Of a stretch of DNA of 64,000 bases, positions 38,390 through 51,012 are shown one piece after another; positions within the stretch are counted from its first letter, which is position 1, and every line of letters starts with the position of its first letter. The stretch lies in contig NC_057725.1 of NCBI RefSeq assembly GCF_004010195.1, forward strand, positions 55,761,312 to 55,825,311, written 5' to 3'. The notes beneath the pieces were generated by a model. That model saw only the letters and a list, made by a program, of their open reading frames with translations, ran no database searches and was not told where the DNA came from. This stretch comes from Chiloscyllium plagiosum. Lineage: Eukaryota. A program made the translations under genes and the position numbers.

Positions 38390-39110
38390 TAACTTTATAA
38401 TATAGACTTTGGTTAGGCTACATTTCAAGTACTGTATTCAGTTCTGGTCACCACATTACAAGAAGGATGTGGAGGCTTTGGTGAGGGTACAGAAGAGGTT
38501 TGCCAGGCTACTGCCTGGATTAGAGGGTATGAGCTATAGGAAGAGGCTAGAAAAACTCAGATTGTTTTCTCTGGGGCAGCAGAGGCTGAGGGGGGGACTT
38601 GATAGAAGTCTATAAAATTGAGAAGCATAGATAGGGTTGACAGGCAAATATTTTTCCCAGAGTTAAAACATCTGATACTAGAGGGCATGCATTTAAGGTG
38701 GGGAAATTCAAAGGAGATGTGAGGGCAAGTTTTTTTTAAACAAAGTTGTAGGTGTCTGGAACCCACTGCCAGGGCTGGGGGTGGAGGCAGATACGATATG
38801 GGTGTTTAAGGGACTTTTAGATAAGCATATAACTGGACATAGAGTGGTGGGTATGTGGAATGCACTGCCAGTAGTGGTAGTAGAGTCAGATACATTCGGG
38901 ACATTTAAGCGACTCTTGGACAGGAGCATGGAAGGTTGTGTAGGTTAGTCAGTACTGAAGGGCCTGTACTGTTCTGTGTTCATATAAATATGCGAGGGAG
39001 GGATATGGACCAAGGGCAGTCAGCGGGAATTAATTCAACTTGGCCTCACCTTCAGCACAATACTGTTGGCTGAAGGGCCCTTTCCCGTGCTGTATAGTTC
39101 TTTGTTCTAT
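38390..39110 (+). mobile_element. CR1 3' fragments
   Basis: VRLHFKYCIQFWSPHYKKDVEALVRVQKRF; two tail pieces. Confidence 0.85.
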
Positions 39111-39309
39111 AAACTTTCAGGGTATCCCACTCCATGGTCCATACCCTGTGTTCACAAAGAGTCCACTATTAGAGCTCATGGACAAGCAGACATGAATGAA
39201 AGAGGCTATTCAGCCCATTTTACCTATGCGTTTTTTGAACGTGTTATTCCAAATAGTTCCATTCTTCCCTGTTTTCCCCCCTTTGATACAATTTCCTTTT
39301 AATGACTGA

Positions 39310-39950
39310 AACGGCGACCTCCAACTTTACAAGAACGCAGATCATAGCAGCTCACTGAATAAACACATTTTCCTCCTCAACTACAACTCGCACGGTCAGT
39401 CGGGATTGTGTCCCATAAATAAATATCCCTACATTAGCAAAGCAGTTTAAATACTATTCAATGCAAATTTGCAATGTAAATGACATGAGGGGGAAGTGGC
39501 GAGCCGAGGGGAGGGACATGCCTGTTAAGAATCGAGTTGTGGACCTTTAAAGGGGTTCAAGTGAAAGTGTTCCAGTGTTTTTTTTTAAAAACACACACAT
39601 ACAAATGCTTTTCTTTAGTTACCAGGTTTGCACGGTCCATTTCCGGAAATTGGCAGCAATAACCTGTTTGGCAAATTGAGAGAGGCTCCAGTTTTTCAAT
39701 ATAGTTTGGACTGGAAATATTAAACAAGTCTACACTGACTTCTGACTCTAACCAGTAACAGGTAAGATTCCCCACTGGGTAAAGTTTCTCGGTTGTTACG
39801 TACCAGTTGGTCGGCTGTTAACCAGCTCGCAATAACTAGCGTAACTGCTATTAACAGGCTGCATGTATCGGTGTTTGAGATCGCTGTTAACCTGTTCCCA
39901 ACTGCTCCTCCTGGCCGGGCCAGTGGAAAAACAATTCTCCTTTCTGATAA
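39310..39950 (+). promoter_or_regulatory. Putative promoter and non-coding first exon of an unidentified downstream transcript
   Basis: Locally raised CpG in non-repeat DNA. ZNF143-like ACTACAACTCGCA at 39380; palindromic ETS-type ATTTCCGGAAAT at 39639-39650; donor CAG|GTAAGA at 39761/39762; MYB-motif cluster. Confidence 0.55.
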
Positions 39951-40769
39951 TCCTGTTTCTTTCAGCGTTTCTCTCCCTCGTTGATTATGACACTTGAAGT
40001 GTGGAGTTATTTCATTGAGTCACGGGACTGTCAGGTTACTTGCTGCTTAATGTCGAAAACTCAAGTTTCCAGGGAATCTCCCTTTGGAATGTGATCCTGG
40101 GTTGGAGGTAAATTAAAATGGAAATGTTGATCTCTTAATCCCCCGCTTCTTATTAATTGTCTGCAACATAGTAAAAACTGATCAAAAAACCGTTTAGGTT
40201 TTGTCACCATTTGCGATATTTTTTCTCTTTTTGCCAATTTTAAGTTTTTTTTGGCTTGGAAACGGACTGAGGAGGATCCCAATATCCCTGTCAAAGGTAA
40301 AGGTCGAAATTAATCCTGATTTATGGAGTATGTTTTGTCACTTGTTGGCAACTGTTTGGGACATCATTAAGAAGGAATAAAGATTAAACTCCAAAAGGTA
40401 ATTGTACTTAAGTCGAAATCAAGTCTATACTTTTACATGAGACCTTTATTTCAGTTAGCCACACTTCATAAAATTCTTGGCCCACTGATTACAAATCTCC
40501 ATGTTTACGCAACCAATTCAGAACCAATGAACACTTTAATGAATATATTCTTTCACCTATTCCCTCATGTGGCCTCTAGCATTCCTTTTGACCGTGTTAG
40601 ATTACAGTAAAACCAATTAATTAATCTCCTTTTGATAAAGTGTCAGTTTGCTTGTGAGGGAGTGTTTAGAAAGTTATTTGGCTGTAAATTAAGCTTTGTT
40701 TTATTGGTTTTATCCAGTCACTCTGTCCCCCTACGTTGAATCACCCTTTTTTTATGGTCATCGTTAATC

Positions 40770-43700
40770 ATGTGTACAGAAACAATCTCTTTGGCCCATC
40801 AAGAATGTTCCAGTTTATCTATTCTAACCCCCATTTTCCACCATTGAACCCTTAATAAAGCCTCTGCACTTGTAAATATTTCTTAAATGATGTAAGAGTT
40901 TCTGCCTGTACCACCCTTTTAATGGCAGTGAGATTCAGATTCCCATAACCCTCTGAGTGAAAAACATTTTTCCCCACATCACCTCTAAACTTTCTGCCTT
41001 TTATCTTAAATCTATGTACTCTGATCATTCATCCATCCACCATGAGGTCAAATGTTTTCCTGGCTATCCTATTGATCTATGACCTTCATAGTTTTATACA
41101 CTTTAATCGTGTCCCCACTCAGTCTCCTCTGTTCCAAAGAAAACAACTTTCCAACATCCTGGTAAATTCTCCTGCAGTACAATCACATTCTTCCTATAAC
41201 TTGGATTCCAGAACTGTGCAACATTATAATTAGTGTGGAATGTTGAATGGCTGTGACAGCTTGCATTTACATAATGCTTTTAACATAGTAAAATGATCGT
41301 GTGCTCCGGAGGGAAATGCAAAGGGGGTGGGGAAATGCATAAAGCCAAAAATACCCATAAGACATTGCAACAGAAGTAGGCCATTTGACCCATTGTCTGC
41401 TTTGCCGTGCAATGAGATCATGGATAATCTGATAATCCTTAACTCCATGTTTTTGCATTTTTACCCACAATCCTTGATTCCCTTACTGATCAACAATCTC
41501 TCAATTTCAGCCTTAAATATACTTAAAGGCTTAATCCTACAGCCCGGTGTGGTACAGATGTCTACAGATTGACTAACTACCTTCTGAGAGAAGAAATTCC
41601 TTCTCCTAACTCGGGGAGCCTTATTCTGAGATTTCGGTGCACAGGTCCTAGATGATCCTCCAAGGGGAAATAACCTCTCGACTTTGGCCGTTTTAAGTCC
41701 TCACGAATCTTGTGTTTCAATAAGTTTGCCTCTTGTTGTTCTAAATTCCAATGGGTATATTGCATCCACTGCTCCTGACGTAGTCTCCTCTACATCAGAG
41801 AGACCGAATGCAAACTTGGGGAGCGGTTCAGGGAACATCTATGAGCCGCACACTCCAATCAACCCCACCTTCTAGTTGCTAGCCATTTCAAACCCCCTCT
41901 CTCCGACAACATGTCCATCCTGGGCTTCCACTACAGTTAAAATAATTCCCTCTCCACCCTGGCCCCTTGATCTGACCTATCCATCTTCCTGCTCACCTAT
42001 CTGCTCCATTCTTCCCACTGACCAACCACCGCCACCTCCTACCTGCATTCACCTATTTGCTGCCCACCCCCCCCCATTTATTTTGAAGCTCTCTTCCCCA
42101 GCCTTGACAAAAGATTCTGACCTGAAACATTGACTCTCCTGCTCCTTTGATGCTACGCTACTTGCTGTGCTTTTTACAGCTCCACACTTTCTCAACTCGG
42201 AGTATAAACCCAACCTACTTATTCTCTCCTTATTTTAACAAAAAAATCCTCCATACCCAGGATCAATCTAGTGGACTGCCTCTGATGCCAATATGTCTTC
42301 CTTCAGTATGGGTATTAACACTTTGCAACATTCCAAGTGTGATGTAATTAGTACCTTGTATGGCTTTAGCAAGACTTCCTTTTTATTTAAAACTCCAGTT
42401 CCTTTGTACTAAAGGCTAATAATTCCATTAGCCTTCCCTATTATCTGTTGAACTCATTTGCCAGCCTTTTGTACCCAATTCCCTCAGTACTGCAGCGTTT
42501 TGCAGTTTCTCCATTTAAATAATATTCTGATCATCTATTCCTCCACCAAAGTACACTTTCCCACATGTTCCATCTGCCAACTTGCTTAGCCTGTCTGTAT
42601 CCCTCCTATTTTTGAGTCATCTGTAAACTTTGCTATAGTACATTCGCCTCCCTCATCCAAGACATTAAGATGTATGTTGCAAACAAATACAGCTCTAGCA
42701 CTGTTCCCATTGGCACTCCAGCAGTCACAGGTTGCCATCCTGACATTTCTTTCCCCAACACCTCCCCCATCCCCCCCTCCCCCATCTCAACTCTGTCTTC
42801 TCTTCGGCAATCCTCTATCAGAGCTCATTACTCAACACTGAACTGTTATCTTCACTTAAGTATTTTTGCAAACATCTTTTTGGAAATCCAAATATAATAA
42901 ATCCATTGCTTCATCTTTATGTATCCTGTTACCTCCTTTATACAGTTCTGTATATAAAGCTGTGCTGACTCTCATTCATATTACAGTTGGAACTTTTAAA
43001 TGCTCTGCTATTACATCATTTATAGTTGATATAAACTGGCCTATAATTGTTTTATTATCCTCTCGTACTTTTTTGAATCAAGGTATTTGTTCCATTGGCA
43101 ATCCTTAAGCATTTTTCTGGAATTTCAAGATTCTTGAAAATTTCTACCAGGGCATCCATTACATCTCTGGCTACTTCTTTTTAATATCTTTAGTTCATCC
43201 CATTTGGTCCAATGGACTTATTCTTCTTTAGCTCCATTAGATGTCCTAGTACTTTCTTAATTTGTGATAGTTATTGTATCTCTATACTCTTCCCCTTTTT
43301 GCCCCTTGAATATTTAGTAACTTTGAAATGCTATTAGTGTCTTCTACTGTGAAGACTGATGCAAAGTATTTATTCAATTTCTCTGCCATTTCCTCGTTCC
43401 TCATTGTTACTTCTCCAGTCTGTTCACTTATGGTCACTTAGGCCTCTCATTTCCAGAATCTCTTGCTTCATGTTGATATTACTTGCAAATTTAGTCTCAA
43501 TTTGTTTTTTTTGGTCATCCTTTGTTGGTTTTTATAAACTTTCCTATTCCACTGACTTACCATTAATCATTGTCACACTAATGTTTATTTTCTTTCAATT
43601 TGATGTTATCCTTAAGTTTCCTGGTTAATCATAGTTGGCTTATACCCTTCTGAATCATTTGTTCTCACTGGAGTTTATCATTATTATGAGTCATGAAGTA

Positions 43701-43900
43701 TTTTCTTAAATGCCTGACATTGTTCCTTTGCAACATTTGTTGCTAAACTCCTTTGGTCCACTCCAACTAGTTCTGCCATTATTCCTTTGCAATTAGCCTT
43801 ACTTCAAGTCTAGTACAATTGAAAGTAACCTGGATTATGAACAAACTTGAGTCTAAATTCCATCATGTTACAGTCACTATTTCTAAGAGTTTTTTTTAAA
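40770..43900 (-). mobile_element. Old CR1 fragments (two tails, decayed RT)
   Basis: Reverse CR1 tails near 40775 and 41360, with decayed ORF2 extending to ~43900; interrupted by the Penelope fragment. Confidence 0.6.
41755..42198 (+). mobile_element. Penelope-like fragment (GIY-YIG plus family-A-like terminal arm)
   Basis: VYCIHCS*RSLLYIRETECKLGERFREH...LLVASHF...NMSILG, followed by GAAACATTGACTCTCCTGCTCC...GATGCT...CTGTGCTTTT. Confidence 0.8.
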
Positions 43901-44130
43901 CTCTGACATAATATATTAAAACCGCCCTCATTGATCTGTAATGAGGCAGCTGTTCTGGTGCAGTGGGTAATGTCCTTACCTCTGAGCTAAAGGTCCTTCT
44001 TTTTTGTCCTACCTACCTGCTCCAGAAGTAACTAATAATATATCTTAATAGTTTGATTTAGAAAATATCTACGCTATCACCAGATCCAAAACAGCTTGAT
44101 CTCTGACTGGATCCACAACATAGAATAATA

Positions 44131-44439
44131 GAAAAATGGAAGCGGGCCATTTGGCCCACTGAGTCCACACCGACCGCCGTCCCACACAGACCCACCCCTA
44201 CCCTATCCCTGTAACTCTGCACTTCCTCTGACTAATCCACCTATCCTACACATCCCTAGGTAACTTGGCATGGCCAATTAACCTAATTAGCACATCATTG
44301 GACTGTGGAAGGAAACCAGACCACCCAGAGGAACATCCCCACTGACGTAGGGAGAATGTACAAACTCCATGAAGACAGTCGCCCAAGGTTCCTGGTGCTG
44401 TGAGGCAGCAGTGCTAACCACTGAGCCACCACGTTGCCC
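44131..44439 (-). mobile_element. HE1-type V-SINE
   Basis: Reverse head GCAGCAGTGCTAACCACTGAGCCACC. Confidence 0.8.
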
Positions 44440-44751
44440 AACAACACTGTTGTTATAAGAAACTGTCAGGAATACTCTAAATTATTTCTCAAGGGTACCT
44501 CTGCCAATTTACATTTCACAATCTTCATGAAGTTTCATGACTAATATACTGCCATCATTATCTCCTGATTAATTCTCTGTCCTATCATAGAGCTACTGAT
44601 AGGAGGCCTATGGACGACATTTACCAGTCTCTTTTTTTTTTTAAATATCCCTTGTTAAATCATACTTCCACTCATTTTAATTGTATATCTTACAGCACAA
44701 GATCATTTCTTGCTATCATACTTATTCCAAGCTGTACTTACAAAGCTATTT

Positions 44752-44905
44752 GGAGAAAGTGAGGTCTGCAGATGCTGGAGATCAGAGTAGAGTGTGTGTT
44801 GCTGGAAAAGCACAGCAGGTCAGGCAGCATCCGACGACCAGCAGAATCGATGTTTCGAACCAGAGCCCTTTATTAGGAATGAGGCTGGGAGCCTCGGGGT
44901 TAGAG
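44752..44905 (-). mobile_element. Family A Penelope-derived terminal fragment, core degenerate
   Basis: GGAGAAAGTGAGGTCTGCAGATGCTGGAGATCAGAG arm. Confidence 0.75.
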
Positions 44906-45517
44906 AGACTAGCCTTCCTTTCCTGATGTCCTTTTGAAAAGTGACATACCATTGAATATTTTAGATTCCGTCTTTGATCTCTGTAATATCGATACGATTA
45001 ACCTTTGTTTGTACTATTAATTCATTTTTGTTCCAAATAGTACATACATTCAATGGTGACCACAAAGCTCTTGTTAATTGTTGCAAAACGGAGTTTACTG
45101 ATGTCATTTCTGCTGGGAAATCTGTTATCCTTGCCTGGTCTGATCAATGTGCAATTGAGACCCATAGCAACGTGATTACCCAATGGCTTCGTAAGCCATT
45201 TTAGTCACTGAGGGGTGAGCATCAAATACTGACCATGCCAGTGATGCACACGTTCCATGAAAAAAATCAAGGATAATGTCACCTCAATTGAAAAACTTCT
45301 AACTTTTACATAAAACAAAAACCAGACTCTGTATAATATATGAAATAGGAGCAGGCGTTTTAGCCTCTGAGGCCTTTGGCTGCCAAGTGAACAAGTGCAG
45401 TACTTAGTGAAAAGTTACTACTTCTATGTTTGGCTACTAACTACTGACATAATGATATAAGTTCCTAAGTCAGTCTGTTACTTGACAGCATTGTCTTCTG
45501 AGATTTGATGCTTTTTT

Positions 45518-45790
45518 CATAGAAACGTAGCATCCCTACAGTGCAGAAAGAGGCCATTCAGTCGGTTGTTTGCACAGACCCACCATAACGCATCTCTAGC
45601 AGAACCAGCCATCCACCCTATCCCCGTAATCCCGCATTCATCGTGGTTAATCCACCTAACCTGCACATCTTTGGACTCTGGGAAGAAACCAGAGTACCTG
45701 GAGGAAACCCATGCACTGGGAGAACATGCAAACTCCACACAGGCAGTCAGCCAAAGGCTGGAATCAAACTTTGATCTATGGCACTGCGAG
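45518..45790 (-). mobile_element. HE1-type V-SINE
   Basis: Reverse V-domain core. Confidence 0.8.
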
Positions 45791-45794
45791 AGAC

Positions 45795-46440
45795 AAAAAG
45801 ACTGCAGACGCTGGAATCCAAAGTAGGCCAGGCAGGAGACTGGATGAACATTAGCAAGTCAGACAGCATCAGGAGGTAGAAAAGTCGCTGTTTCAGATGT
45901 AACCCTTCAGGACTTGGAGTGGGTGTGGGTAGAGCTGCAGATAAAGAGGGTGGTGAAGTGGGGATAGCTGAAGACAGGCAGAGGGTATGACCTGTTGGTC
46001 AATGGGAGGAATGAATCCGGTTGGTGGCAGGGAGGAGTTGAAAGGAGGGGGAGGGGCTGGGAAGGGAGTTGGTGGACGAGAATGGAGGTTACTTGAAATT
46101 GGAGCACTGAGTCCTCTGGCCTTTAGGCTGCCCAGGCAAAAGGTGAGGTATTCCTCCAATTTACGGTTTGGTCCGTTGTGGCAACGGAGGATGCCAAGGA
46201 TGGTCATATTGGAAAGGGAGTGCCTGTACACAACCCCCCTTACCTCCATCCAAGGCTCTAAATACTTCCAGATGAGAGAGAGGTTCACCTGGCTCTTCTC
46301 CAACCAAGTGTTCCTGGTGTGGTCTTCTCTACATTGGGGAGACCAAATGTAAACTTAGGGAATGGCTCACTGAGCATGGGTCCACAGGGGCTGACCTGAC
46401 CTCCCAGTCACCGTCCATTTCAATTCCCCTCACCAATCCC
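45795..46440. mobile_element. Penelope-like element 3' region with an internal inversion
   Basis: 46223-46440 (+) encodes the N-terminal half of GIY-YIG (GLLYIGETKCKLREWLTEH, LPVTVHFNS). 46222-45795 (-) encodes the C-terminal half (HSLSNMTILGILRCH...RKLEEYLTFCLGSL...GL) and the terminal arm. Confidence 0.85.
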
Positions 46441-47137
46441 TTTTTTTTTTAAAAAAAAGCGCAATAAGTAGGAATGTATCTCAGAATGCTGTAGTGATGG
46501 TTCACATTTGGAGCAGAAATATTTAGTAACCCCATTTCTACGTTTTGGGGGTGGGGTGAGGGGCAGAGGCAATATGAATGAGTTCTAGCTATGATATCGA
46601 ATGCTAGATCAGCTAATGTTTTTGTAATTCCTGTTTGAAAGCCTGCCCAATGAACTCCCCAAAAGCTCAGTGTGTCATCTGCATTTTGAATTATGATGGT
46701 GTGAGATCAGCCAGAAATGTCCCAGATTTATTGGTTAATTCCAAATATATGCTGGGGGTTCAAGATGACTCTTTGCAATAGAGCGAGAATGCAATGCTAC
46801 AACCTCTGATTTCATTTTTTCCTATGAATGTAGGCTGCAGATTCTTATAAACCTGTTTCACAATATTGCTTGTATTCAAATTCTACTGTAACAACTTGTA
46901 TTTACCTAGAGGCATTTTAATTCATAAAATTTCCCAAGCTGATTTGTCGGGGCACATGAAAACCAAATATCAAACCAAACCACATAAATTATTGGAGTAA
47001 ATGACAAAGAACTGGTTGATAGTTTTAGGAAATGTTTTTGGAAATTAGGAAATGAAGGAAGAGAAGCAAATGTATTTGAGGTCCCATAGTTTTTAATTCG
47101 CTAAAACTCTCTTGATTTAGAGAGGGTCCCACCACAG

Positions 47138-47429
47138 GGTGGCATAGTGGTTAGCACTGCTGCCTTACAGTAACAGGGGCCCAGGTTCGATTGGGTGACT
47201 GACTGTGTGGAGATTGCACATTCTCCCCGTATCTGCATGGGTTTCCTCTGGGTGCTCCGGTTTCCTCCCACAATCCAAAGATGTGCAGGTTAGGTGAATT
47301 GGCCAAGCTAAATTACCCATAGCGTTAGGTGCATTAGTCGGAGGGAATGTCGGTCTGGGTGGGTTATTCTTTCGAGGGTTGGTGTGGACTTGTTGGGCCG
47401 AAGGGCCTGTTTCCATACTGTAGGGAATC
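47138..47429 (+). mobile_element. HE1-type V-SINE
   Basis: Head, core and tail present. Confidence 0.85.
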
Positions 47430-47449
47430 TTAAAAAAAAAAAGGAAGAT

Positions 47450-48520
47450 TAGCAATGTACTGCCTTTGTTCAAGTAAGTATTATTGTGGGATAATGTGAC
47501 AACGTCCATTTTGGCATGAAGAATTTTAAAAACAAAAAATGCATTTGGAATAAATAGTGATAGATTGCTGAACTCTGACATGTAGGAGGATATGGGTATG
47601 CGAGTACAGGTATATAATCCTTTATCAAAAGTTCTGAAATCCGAAAATTTTTTTGTGGGGAGTCATTTTGGCATGCAGACAGGTGACCCAACTCCCACAT
47701 GGCGTGGTCCTGCACTGGCAGGTGTCAGTCGTGTCTCAGCGCTTGTACTATTCACACGTGCATCTGCTGTTAGGTAATGTTTAAAAATTTCACTGAAAAT
47801 GTTGTTTATTTTGAATTCCAAAAAACAGCTAGCCCCAAGGATTTCAGATGAAGAATTGTGTACCTGTATATGAATTGCACAAGTTGTATTTAAGGGTCCA
47901 GCAAATATTCAATCAAAGGTTATAAAATGTTTTTATTCATTGAATAAAAGACTATGAAGGCTATGCTTCAGTTACAGAAGATAAGAAGACCACATCTAGA
48001 TTAGTGAGTACAATATTGGTCAACATTTTGAGGAAGAATGTAAATGTGCTGGAATCAACTTGAAGAGTGTTTGTTAAACTTACTGCTGAAATGGCCAAGT
48101 TGACTTAGGAGGAATGGTTGACCAGGCTAGCCTTGTACTGCTGGAGCTTAGAGTAAGAGCTGACTTGATTTGAAAGATCCTGAAGGGTCTTGACAGGATA
48201 GATGTGGAAAAGATGTCTTCCCCCAGTGGAATTCTAGAACAAGGTGTTTCTGTTCTAAAAACCAGGACATGCCCATTTAAGACAGAAGAATTTTTTTTCC
48301 CACTTAAGTCATGAGTCTCTTCATTGAAAAGGTTGTAGAAGGCAAGCCTTTGAATATTTCTGTGCCTGAGGTGAATAGATTCTTGATTTAACAAGGGGGT
48401 GAAAAGTAATCTTGGGTAAGCGGGAATGCGGAGCAATTAGATCATCCATGTTTTTCTTTGAAAGGCAGAGCAGACTCAATGGGGCAAATATCCTACTCTT
48501 TCTGATTTATATGTTTGCGT
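47450..48520 (+). mobile_element. Old CR1 3' fragment interrupted by a MITE
   Basis: VHFG...DMGMRV / RRPHLD remnants and a CR1-type tail. Confidence 0.6.
47607..47866. mobile_element. Tc1/mariner-superfamily (Tigger/pogo-like) MITE, 260 bp
   Basis: Terminal inverted repeats CAGGTATATAATCCTTTATC and GATGAAGAATTGTGTACCTG (16/20 match), flanked by TA on both sides. Confidence 0.8.
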
Positions 48521-49467
48521 GGACTCTGTCAGTAAGGGGGTTTAGTTTTGTTCAGTTGGCATGGTTGACCAATGTGCATCAGATTGGTACCTGTTTCAGA
48601 TGGGTCACCACCTTATGGTCCCCATTTAGGCATGCCAGTCTGAGTCAGTCCTGTCTTTGGGCAGAGAACTTCAGGTACTGCTGAGATAGTTGGCACAATA
48701 GTTTGTACTGTCTTTTTCTGGTAGCTTATTAAGGGATCACTTTCATTGAAACCAAGCAGATTGTCTTTTACAAATCTATTCGAGGTAAATAGGTGTTGCA
48801 TTTACACACAACAGGTGCAGCAGAGGAATGTGGTCACCTGATCTTCACCAGTCTGTTGTAAAAGGCCACAATTGACATTTCCTGCTTGTTACTACACTCT
48901 GATGTCAAAGCAAACAGATTTCCGTAAGCTGGAAAGGAATCACAAGGGGAGTGATTGTCTTGTTGCTAGGTAGCAAAGACGGATTGGAGCATAAAAGAAT
49001 CATGAGTAAATGTTGGGTATGATAGACTTGACCTTTTTTATAAAATACTGCTTGAGACACATTCCACTTTCTGTCTCTATCTTTTTCTGTGCTTTAAAGT
49101 GCTTTAAACTTGGTTCACCTTTATTAAAAACAGCAACTTTTATAAACTCCATTGTCTTAAAGGTTCTTGAAATGCAATGTTCAAATCTATCCAAAGATCT
49201 TTGGCCATGCATATAGAGAGGGTCAAGAGTGGTAGGGATGGAAGCGGGGGGATGTTGGGTGAGGTGCAGAGAGTGGTTAAAGTAAGGAGCCTCCTGTGCC
49301 AGTCTTAGACAGGTTCACGAGATGGTCCTCTGACTTGGCAAGAGTCCCGTTCAACCCTGGCCCTGACACCATTCCCTGACTACTTCAATATTAATTTGTA
49401 GTTTTGTATCTGTACTGCAGACCATCATTTTAAATCTATCAAACTGCAATTATACAATCTCCTCCTT

Positions 49468-49668
49468 GGTGAAAGTGAGGACTGCAGATGCTGGAGATCA
49501 GAGTCGAGTGTGTGGTGCTGGAAAAGCACAGGTCAGGCAGCATCCGAGGAGCAGGAGAATTGATGTTTTGGGCATTCCTGATGAAGGGCTTATGCCCGAA
49601 ATGTCAATTCTCCTGCTCCACGGATGTTGCTTGGCCTGCTGTGCTTTTCTAGCACTACACTCTCAACT
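49468..49668. mobile_element. Fold-back family A element with hammerhead core
   Basis: + strand CTGATGA-A-GGGC-TTAT-GCCC-GAAA-TGTC at 49578-49605; imperfect flanking repeat AATCTCCT...TGGTG. Confidence 0.8.
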
Positions 49669-50711
49669 ATAATCTCCTTGGTGCCTTAATATTGCGACCC
49701 TGCCCACCACCCACCCATCATGCAGAAATGTCTATTTTGCAACCAACTCCAGTTGGTTAAATTATCCTCTACATCATCTTCAGATTATTGTTGGTCATCA
49801 CTCCATATGTGTAGTGCCAAGAGACATTGACTGGTTGAAGACTAAACTTGTGATGCAGAAAGAAACACCATTCCTGGCAGTGAGAAGTAGCCTCATTAAA
49901 AATTGTAAGACTAAGTTTCAAGCCCCTGGAATACTGTCAGTGGCTTTGCATGAGCAGTACGATTGATTGGCTAATAATTCTTAAATGTCTACAGAGTTGG
50001 CTCATTTATGAAAGTTGTCATTTTCCATTGCATTAGATTCTCATGCAGCGAGCTTTATAAATTGCATTAATGGAATTCCTACTGGGGGGAAAAAAGTAAT
50101 AAACATCACCACGGTAAATGTAAATTAGCTTTAACATTTCATCATGCCGTTGAAATTAATTTGGACATTTATTTGGGCTAATACAAATTTTGAAATGTTT
50201 GGTGAATGTACTCCTTTTACAAGAAGATCAATTAACAATGTGGCCTTGTTTTGGATATATTCCATACTGCCATGAATTGTACTTTGAGAGTATACTTTTT
50301 TATAATGGTGCTCCTTGCTTGTCCACCGTGCAATCCTGGTCAAAGAGGATTTTCCTAATTTCCTCACTATTGGGTAAAATAGGGCCTTCTGTCTGGCTTG
50401 GAGGGATATTCCTGGTAATTTCATTTTGTCATCTCCCACCTTCATCGGGTCCATTGAACAGTTTTCATTTTACCCTCTACATTACTTTTATAATCAGGAA
50501 ACAAGTGAGGGTCAATGAAAATAACAGGGATAAAAACAGCCCCTCTGGAATTGTCTTAATTTCTATAGACTCCTAATAACCCTGGATCACTTAATACATG
50601 CAATGCTCTGCTTTTGTCCCTGCATGGATTAGTTACTTGTAGACATGTTAGTTCAAAGGAGAAAACAGCACAATCCTTGAGGATTAGTCTCTTTTTTTTT
50701 AATCTCCATAG

Positions 50712-51012
50712 AACTAGGGGCATAGCCTCAAAATAAGGAGAAGCAGTTTTAGGACTGAGTTGAGGAGGAACTTATTCACCCAAAGAGTTGTGTATCTGTA
50801 GAACTCATGCCCAGTGAAGCAGTGAGGCTACCTCGTTGAATGTTTTTAAGACAAAGACAATTTTTTTGCACAGTAAAAGAATGAAAGGTTATAGTGAGTG
50901 AGTGGGTAAGTGGAGCTGAGTCCACAAAAAAGATCAGCCATGATCTTATTGAATGGTGGAGCAAGCTTGAGGAGCCAAATGGCCTACTCCTGCTCTTATT
51001 TCTTATGTTCTT
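50712..51012 (+). mobile_element. CR1 3' end fragment
   Basis: ACTAGGGGCATAGCC (TRGH) through the tail TGGCCTACTCCTGCTC...TTCTTATGTTCTTAT. Confidence 0.8.

Noticed and set aside
50131-50576. Overlapping 107-aa (-) and 128-aa (+) ORFs and a hydrophobic minus-strand stretch
   Set aside because: No recognisable domain, weak splice context, and lengths compatible with chance.
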